DNA of 64,000 bases, taken from assembly GCA_016871805.1 (NCBI GenBank), contig VHCG01000014.1, positions 1,205 through 65,204 on the forward strand, written 5' to 3'. This stretch comes from Verrucomicrobiota bacterium. Its GTDB lineage: Bacteria; Verrucomicrobiota; Verrucomicrobiia; Limisphaerales; UBA9464. Both the position numbers and the translations under genes were made by a program. The notes below the pieces were generated by a model. It was not told the origin of the DNA and made no database searches. It was given only the letters and a program-made list of their open reading frames with translations. This document shows positions 58,173 through 64,000 of the stretch, in pieces; position 1 is the stretch's first letter; every line of letters begins with the position of its first letter.

Positions 58173-61100
58173 CTACTGGTAGCGGATCACAAGGCTGCCG
58201 CCCGACAGCGACACGCCGGTGACGGTGATCGGGGAGGTCGACGACAGCCGCAGGAACTGGACGGATCCGCCGGCAGGCACGGTGACCGTCCTCGCCTGGG
58301 TGTCGACCACTGCCCCCGCGACCGCCATGTAGGTTCCATCGAGGGTGGCGGAGCCGACGGTCTCGACGGAGGCTGCAGCCCGGGCCGAGGTGTAGGCCTT
58401 GATGCCCCCAGCGGCGTTGACCAGAGTCCGCTCCCCGCTGGAGCGGTCGACTGTGAACAACTCCACATGGGCGCCACCGCTCCTCTCGTACCAGACGAGT
58501 CGGATGCCGTAGACACCCGCTGCCTGCACAACGACGTCGAAGGTCTCATCCGCAGGACCCCCGTTGTGGAAGGCCAGGGGCGGCGAACCGGCACCCAGAT
58601 TGAGACCCGCGGCCAGCTTGTAGCCGTCGTCTGATCGGACACCGAACCGCGTGACACCCGCGGGGAGGTCGAGGAACGCTACAACCTCCATCGCATAGTT
58701 GTCATCGCCGAGGGCGTCGTCTTGTCCAGGGATGGGCTCATCGCCCTCGAAGTAGCCCGCCGAACCCCCACTGCTGCCCTCCTGGGAGAAGTTGATGGTC
58801 TGGGAAACAACGTTGATATTGTAGAGCGCGGGAATCGACGAATTGGGCGCCAGCTGGGCCTCTGCACGGTCGAGGCTGTTCTCGCCCGTCTCCCCGGCCT
58901 GGGTGGACCGTACCTTGAAGCCGCGTTCCGATCCCGGGCCCGGCAGACGGGTGGCCGGATCAAGCTCGAGATAGGTGACCGTGAACGCCCAGGTATTGGT
59001 CTGCAGCACGCCCTCGTTGTCCGCGAAGACCAGACGGGCCTGCTGAACCACACCCCGGGCCGGTAGCGGGTTCAGGACATAGGAGACCAGCAGACCGGTC
59101 GCCACGGCATTCACCTTGGGCGTGACCGCGACACCGTTTACCGAGAGCTGGATCGAGGAGGTCTTGATCTGGGTGTCCCGGTTTTGGATCGACACATCGA
59201 TCCGAGGCTCGGTGGTGTCGACCACGGCTCCGTCCGTCGGTGACACCGAGGTCACCGCCGCGCGCTGGACCCCGGCGTCGGCCACCGGGACGAACACGAG
59301 GTAATTGATGTAGCGCGCCCCGGTTTCGTTGTCCGGGGTGAGATGCCGCAGCCGAAGGGTCTTCTTGCCAGACAGCCGGAGCACAATCCGGTTCCTGCCG
59401 GTGCCATCGGTCAGCGGGACGTTCCGCGCGGTGAAGCCCGACTGCACCCCGAGGAAGCTGCCCAGCAGTCTCAATTCGGTCCCAACTGCCGAGGAAACCT
59501 CCTCCAGGACGCTGTCTGCTTTCTCCATGTTGACCACAGATTCCCGGAGATAGACCTCGTAGGAGCCTGCCGGGAACTCACGGGTGTAGTTCATCCAGTC
59601 GTCGACCGCGATGTCCCCCACCTCGTAGTCATAGATTCCCTGGTCATTGTTGAAGAGCGACGGGCGACGATTGTCGAGGGACCGCTGCATCTGGACGGCG
59701 TCCTGGGTCCGGTACGGCGTGTCGCCGCCGCTGGGACCCGACCGGGTGTCCTGGTAGTCCGTGCCCGCAACGCCAACCCGGTCGGTGTATGAATTGCCGA
59801 CCACGCCACCGCCCTCGGCACTGCGGACCGGGTTGTCGAAAAACTGGCCGACATCGAAGTCGTAGTCTTCGACGTCCACCGTCCGGGTGTCGGGCGAGAA
59901 GGTGTCGAAGGCGATCATGGCCGTCCGGGTCGTCCCACCGGAATCGGTGACGGCCAGCTGCCCGAGATACGACTTGTTCTTCTCAAAGCCCCCGAGGGTA
60001 CCGCTCCGGGTGGTCCCGGCCGGTCCGAGGAGGAGTCCGTTGGCCGCGGTGTAGTCGACCCCGTTGAGGGTGACCTTGAAGCCCGCATCCGGGAGCTGCC
60101 GGTCGTCGACCACGGAGAACGCCACCTTGGTGTCTGCAGCGAGGAAGACCGATCCCTCGGCCGGCAAGACCGAGTCGATCCGCGGGGCTTCGTCGACCGC
60201 CGTCGGCGGCGCCGCGGCGTTGAGGTTCCGGTAGACCACCTGGTAGCCATTCGGATCCTTACCGCCATCCGCGTAGAGATAGAGCACGACATTGCCGACC
60301 AGGTTCGTGAACGGAGCCGGGGGGCTGTCAGTCCCATTGGCCAGCACGTCCGCCTCGGGTGTGTCGATGAAGGTCCGGTCGAACAGCACCGCACCCCCGG
60401 CGTCGAGGTCCAGGACCCGTCCCCGGATCAGCACAGTCCCATCGACCGTGGTCAGGGTGAGCACCAGGCGGACATTCGTGCTCTTGATGGCGGGGCTGAC
60501 GTTTTCATTGAAGAAGTACTTGTTGATGCCCTTGGTGATCAGGAGGTCCGACTCCGACTTCGCGATTCCGTATCCGCCCAGGGAATTGGCACCGGCCTTT
60601 TGGGGGATAAAGGCCAGGACAGCGAAGGAGTCGGGACCCTGTCCGGACACCAGGTCGACCGCGAACTCATGGAGCGTCCCTTCGGTCAGCTCATAGGTCT
60701 TGGTGGTCTTGGTGCTGCTGACGAAGAATGCCTGACCGATCGCAGGTAGGTCGAAGGTGAACACGCCTCCCGACTGCTTCCCTCCGGGCAGTGGCTGGCC
60801 CGCCGGATTGGCGTCCTTCCATCCGGACCGCTCGGTCGCCTTGAAGTCGTCCAGCACCGCCCCGTCGGCGACGAACACCTGGGCGTTGTCGAAGACCACC
60901 TGATAGCCCTCCGGGCTTTTGCCACCGTCCGCGTACAGGTAGAGGACGAAGTTGCCCACCAGATTGAGGAAGGGAGCAGGAGGGCTGTCGGCTCCGTTGG
61001 CCATCACATCGGCCGCCGGGGTGTCGATGAACGTCTTCTCCCAGATCACCGCATTGCCCGCGTCACGGTCCAAGACCTGACCCCGGATGATCACGTTGCC

Positions 61101-61610
61101 CGATCGGGCCTCGAGGTTGAGCACGAGGGTGACGTTCTGGTTCTTCACCGCGGGCTGGACGTTTTCGTTGAAGAAGTACTTGTTGATGCCCTTGGTGATC
61201 AGGAGATCGGTCTCGGATTTTGCGATCCCGTAGCCGGCCAGTGAATTGGCACCGGTCGCCTGGGGGATGAACGCCAACACCGCGAAGGAGTCGCCTCCCC
61301 GGCCCGAGACCAGGTCGACCCGGTATTCGACGGTGCGACCCTCGACGAGTTCGAAGGTCTCCGAGGTCTTGGTGCTGCTCACGAAGAACGACTGGCCGAT
61401 CGTCGGCAGGTCGAAGGTGAAGACGCCGCCGGACTGTTTTCCGCCGGGCAGTGGCTGGCCTGCTGGATTGGCGTCCTTCCAGCCGGAACGTTCAGCGGCC
61501 TTGAAGTCATCGAGGATGCGGGCCTGCACCGGGGTCTGGCTCAGGACCGCCAGCGCCGCGATTGCGGTGAGACAGCGAAGGAATGGGAGGGGACTCATAG
61601 AAGGGAGCAT
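58173..61610 (-). CDS. Large secreted protein: two tandem 220-aa repeat domains, Ig-like region and PA14-like C-terminal region, function unknown
   Basis: The start is at 61610 or 61598 (signal peptide [26 protein letters not shown]). The upstream 112 codons of the ORF were rejected. Confidence 0.8.
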   Translation of the reverse strand: MLPSMSPLPFLRCLTAIAALAVLSQTPVQARILDDFKAAERSGWKDANPAGQPLPGGKQSGGVFTFDLPTIGQSFFVSSTKTSETFELVEGRTVEYRVDLVSGRGGDSFAVLAFIPQATGANSLAGYGIAKSETDLLITKGINKYFFNENVQPAVKNQNVTLVLNLEARSGNVIIRGQVLDRDAGNAVIWEKTFIDTPAADVMANGADSPPAPFLNLVGNFVLYLYADGGKSPEGYQVVFDNAQVFVADGAVLDDFKATERSGWKDANPAGQPLPGGKQSGGVFTFDLPAIGQAFFVSSTKTTKTYELTEGTLHEFAVDLVSGQGPDSFAVLAFIPQKAGANSLGGYGIAKSESDLLITKGINKYFFNENVSPAIKSTNVRLVLTLTTVDGTVLIRGRVLDLDAGGAVLFDRTFIDTPEADVLANGTDSPPAPFTNLVGNVVLYLYADGGKDPNGYQVVYRNLNAAAPPTAVDEAPRIDSVLPAEGSVFLAADTKVAFSVVDDRQLPDAGFKVTLNGVDYTAANGLLLGPAGTTRSGTLGGFEKNKSYLGQLAVTDSGGTTRTAMIAFDTFSPDTRTVDVEDYDFDVGQFFDNPVRSAEGGGVVGNSYTDRVGVAGTDYQDTRSGPSGGDTPYRTQDAVQMQRSLDNRRPSLFNNDQGIYDYEVGDIAVDDWMNYTREFPAGSYEVYLRESVVNMEKADSVLEEVSSAVGTELRLLGSFLGVQSGFTARNVPLTDGTGRNRIVLRLSGKKTLRLRHLTPDNETGARYINYLVFVPVADAGVQRAAVTSVSPTDGAVVDTTEPRIDVSIQNRDTQIKTSSIQLSVNGVAVTPKVNAVATGLLVSYVLNPLPARGVVQQARLVFADNEGVLQTNTWAFTVTYLELDPATRLPGPGSERGFKVRSTQAGETGENSLDRAEAQLAPNSSIPALYNINVVSQTINFSQEGSSGGSAGYFEGDEPIPGQDDALGDDNYAMEVVAFLDLPAGVTRFGVRSDDGYKLAAGLNLGAGSPPLAFHNGGPADETFDVVVQAAGVYGIRLVWYERSGGAHVELFTVDRSSGERTLVNAAGGIKAYTSARAAASVETVGSATLDGTYMAVAGAVVDTQARTVTVPAGGSVQFLRLSSTSPITVTGVSLSGGSLVIRYQ
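60225..61517 (-). repeat. Tandem duplication with 660-bp period inside the 1145-aa gene
   Basis: [IV][36 protein letters not shown]...YLYADGGK occurs twice. Identical DNA strings recur 660 bp apart, for example AAGAAGTACTTGTTGATGCCCTTGGTGATCAGGAG at about 60511 and about 61171. Confidence 0.85.
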
Positions 61611-61782
61611 CTGGGGTTGAGATACGATGCCAGTCAGGCAAGGGCCTTCCTCTTTGGGCAGGATGAAACTCCAGCCAGAACAGGACCAAAGATCAAGCGT
61701 GGGTTGGCGCTCCGTGCTCCGTGGGCCGAAACCTCGGGTTGGACTCGAGTCCAAGGGAGGACGGTTGTTCCTCCCATCCGGC

Positions 61783-63300
61783 TCATTCGAGCCACGACCG
61801 GTCGTGGACCACGAACTGGAGCCGGCCGCGGTAGGCGCCGAGCTCCCCGACCAGCCGGATCGACGAGCCCCTCGGTATGCGGCGCAGCGTTCGCTGGATC
61901 GAGGGATCGAAGGAATGGAGGGCGTAGGCCCTGCCCGCGACCACAACCTCGGCGGAACGCCCCCTCGAGGTCACCCCTTCCACCCGGAAGATCTCGCCCA
62001 TCGCCTGCGCCATCTCATCCGGATTGGCCGCCCCAAGCACCGCAGCGCTCCTGAGCCGCGCCCGATCGATCCGATCATACCCGACCGACACGGGGGTCGG
62101 GGGCGTGACCCACAACCCGGGATCCTGGCTCAGCGGACGGGCCCCCTCGTTCACCCCGGAGCGGAACCGAGCCAGAAGCGGGAAATGGTCGCTGGTGCCC
62201 GCCCCCGGACCATACCCCGTCCACCGTCGGGGCAGACCCAATGGCGGCTGGGTGTTCACACCGTCGACCCGGACCGGTCGGAAGCTGCCATCCAGATATT
62301 CGATTCCACTCCCATCCAGAAGCCCCCGGGACACGAGGAGGTGCATCAGCGTGCCCCATTCCCCGGAGTAGACATCGGAGCCGCGCTCCCGGACGGGGAG
62401 CTCATACCAGAGATTGTAGAGTGCTGGCCCTCCAGGACGTCGCATCGCCACCTTGTCGCCCTGGGAGCCGAGGACGTCCTGCAGAGCCGAAGTCCTGATC
62501 CGCGGATATCGCTGCTTCTGGTTGTAGTGGGAATTGAAGTCGCCTCCGAGAAGGACCTCCGCCTTCGGATTCGCGGCAAGGATCTGGTCCATCCGTCGAC
62601 GGGCCACTTCGGCATTGCCGCGTCGGATCGTCTCGGACCGTTCCTCCGAGGCCCCGCTCTTCCAGTGGTTCACCAGGAGGTACAGGTCCCGCCCATCCAC
62701 CCGGACCACCACCTCGAGAATCCCGCGGGCCCCCTGCGTCGGATGGGTCTGCACGAAGGAGATCGGAAACCGGCTCAGGACCACGTTCTTCTGGGTCATG
62801 GGTCCCGGCACGCCCGTGGCGGCCTCCACGGAGTCGACCGCCAGGGCATAGCCCCGCAGCCCGGTGTCCTCGAGATGCTTGAGCAGCCACACCTCCGAGG
62901 GCAGCCCCCGCCAGGCCTCGGTCAGACGTCCCGTCAGGATCTCCGACACCCGCTCACCGCGATGCTCATCCAGGAAGCGCCGGAGGTCCGACACCGTCGT
63001 CTCCGGGGTCGCGTCGACCTCGAGTTCGTTGAGGAGCAGGATGTCCGGCCCCGTTCCGCCGTCGACCGCCCCAAGGACCTTCCGGATGCCCTCCAGCTTG
63101 CGGAGGAGCTTCCCCGGGCCATAGCCCGCCGAGTCGGTCGGGTTCTCCACGTAGTCGTCGAAGCGGGCGACCCGGTCGATGTCGAACAGGTTCTCCACGT
63201 TGTAGACCATGACCGTGAACTCCCGGGTTCCGGCCCAGGACGGAACGGCCGAGGAGCCCACGACCCAGAGCGCGAGGAGTCCCCTCCATATCCAATGCAT
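61783..63300 (-). CDS. Secreted endonuclease/exonuclease/phosphatase (EEP) family protein with a C-terminal OB-fold-like domain
   Basis: Signal peptide MHWIWRGLLALWVVGSSAVPSWA, then FTVMVYNVENLFD, LLLNELE, GGDFNS and GTSDHFPLLARF. The C-terminal region of roughly 100 aa is beta-rich. Confidence 0.8.
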   Translation of the reverse strand: MHWIWRGLLALWVVGSSAVPSWAGTREFTVMVYNVENLFDIDRVARFDDYVENPTDSAGYGPGKLLRKLEGIRKVLGAVDGGTGPDILLLNELEVDATPETTVSDLRRFLDEHRGERVSEILTGRLTEAWRGLPSEVWLLKHLEDTGLRGYALAVDSVEAATGVPGPMTQKNVVLSRFPISFVQTHPTQGARGILEVVVRVDGRDLYLLVNHWKSGASEERSETIRRGNAEVARRRMDQILAANPKAEVLLGGDFNSHYNQKQRYPRIRTSALQDVLGSQGDKVAMRRPGGPALYNLWYELPVRERGSDVYSGEWGTLMHLLVSRGLLDGSGIEYLDGSFRPVRVDGVNTQPPLGLPRRWTGYGPGAGTSDHFPLLARFRSGVNEGARPLSQDPGLWVTPPTPVSVGYDRIDRARLRSAAVLGAANPDEMAQAMGEIFRVEGVTSRGRSAEVVVAGRAYALHSFDPSIQRTLRRIPRGSSIRLVGELGAYRGRLQFVVHDRSWLE

Positions 63301-63490
63301 GGCCCGAATAGACAACCGTTTGCCTGCCCCATCACCCGAAAAGGTGCGGCCAGCAGCGGGAGACCGGGAATGAACAGCCCACACCTCCAGCCTGTCTGAG
63401 CGGTTGACGGTCGTGGGGTCGACCCGCAGGTTCGGGTTTGATCCGGACCAAACCCTCGCTGCATCGACTCCTCATCCGTCCGAATTCCTC

Positions 63491-64000
63491 ATGTCAAAGC
63501 CCGCCACGCTCGTCTCCGCTCTTCTGGTTCTCCTTGCCATCGGCATCGGGACCCGGATCGGCAATCAAACCCCGGGTCGGATCCCCGCCAACACCCCGTC
63601 GGACCCCGCCTCAGGCCCGGTCTCGACCCCGGTGTCGGCCGACACGGGTTCCATGGCCGGCCCAACCCTCGCAACCGGGTCTCCAATCGCCCAAAATCCC
63701 CCCCTCGCCGAGTCGTCCGCAGCCACCCCAAGGCCTCCGATGCCGCCCTGGGTCCGCCCCTCCGAACGGCGCCCCTGGGATCCCAGCTGGCTGGACCAGT
63801 TTTCCGGCAAACCCACCCCGTCGACCGCCCGCTTCGAGCTCACCGGGGGCCGGATTGCCGAAGGGGACGTGCTCCACATCCGCGAGGAGGAGGGAGAGGT
63901 CGTGTTCGTGGGCGGACGGCTCCGCCTGCCCGAGGCGGGAACCTTCTTCTTTCGGAAACAGGGCCTCACCACCGCCGCCGGATCGCATGTCGGAGTGATC
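63491..64000 (+). CDS. Signal-anchored protein of unknown function; the 3' end lies outside the window
   Basis: The frame starting at the ATG at 63491 (MSKPATLVSALLVLLAIGIG...) has strong GC3 bias and no stop before the window end. The overlapping listed ORF 63438-63998 is in a frame with poor codon bias. Confidence 0.55.
   Translation, partial: MSKPATLVSALLVLLAIGIGTRIGNQTPGRIPANTPSDPASGPVSTPVSADTGSMAGPTLATGSPIAQNPPLAESSAATPRPPMPPWVRPSERRPWDPSWLDQFSGKPTPSTARFELTGGRIAEGDVLHIREEEGEVVFVGGRLRLPEAGTFFFRKQGLTTAAGSHVGVI

Noticed and set aside
60225-61517. Tandem 660-bp repeat as a diversity-generating retroelement template/variable pair.
   Set aside because: No reverse transcriptase or accessory gene is present in the window. 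Differences between the copies are spread over all base types and positions rather than being adenine-specific, as far as I can see by eye.

Overview
This is a high-GC (about 60-65%) bacterial chromosome segment. Its gene content points to the PVC superphylum, most likely Verrucomicrobiota: a DUF1501/PSD1 pair, an H-X9-D prepilin-like protein, a PEP-CTERM anchor and a full Bat/MoxR operon. All calls were made by eye from the sequence and the ORF track; no searches were run. Most of the window is ordinary core genome. That includes mntR next to tolQ-tolR-tolA-tolB-pal, a divergent four-gene metal (Mn/Fe/Zn-type) ABC importer, secA-tatC-tatA-tatA, rdgB, trmO, a Dus enzyme, an MMPL/RND transporter, a class-III aminotransferase and three tRNAs (Leu-CAG, initiator Met-CAT, Val-CAC). 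The most unusual locus is at 5.2-5.9 kb. There, an intact initiator tRNA is followed by a small GIY-YIG nuclease gene boxed in by two 107-bp repeats, each a rearranged copy of the tRNA 3' portion plus its terminator hairpin. Other items worth a second look:
- a DEAD-box helicase homologue that appears to have lost every catalytic motif but keeps its RNA-binding tail
- a 2137-aa orphan secreted protein
- a 1145-aa secreted protein with a 660-bp tandem duplication
- three exported accessory genes broken by nonsense or frameshift lesions

No CRISPR array, rRNA, integrase, transposase or reverse transcriptase was found. Many long ORFs in the track are antisense shadows typical of high-GC DNA and were rejected.
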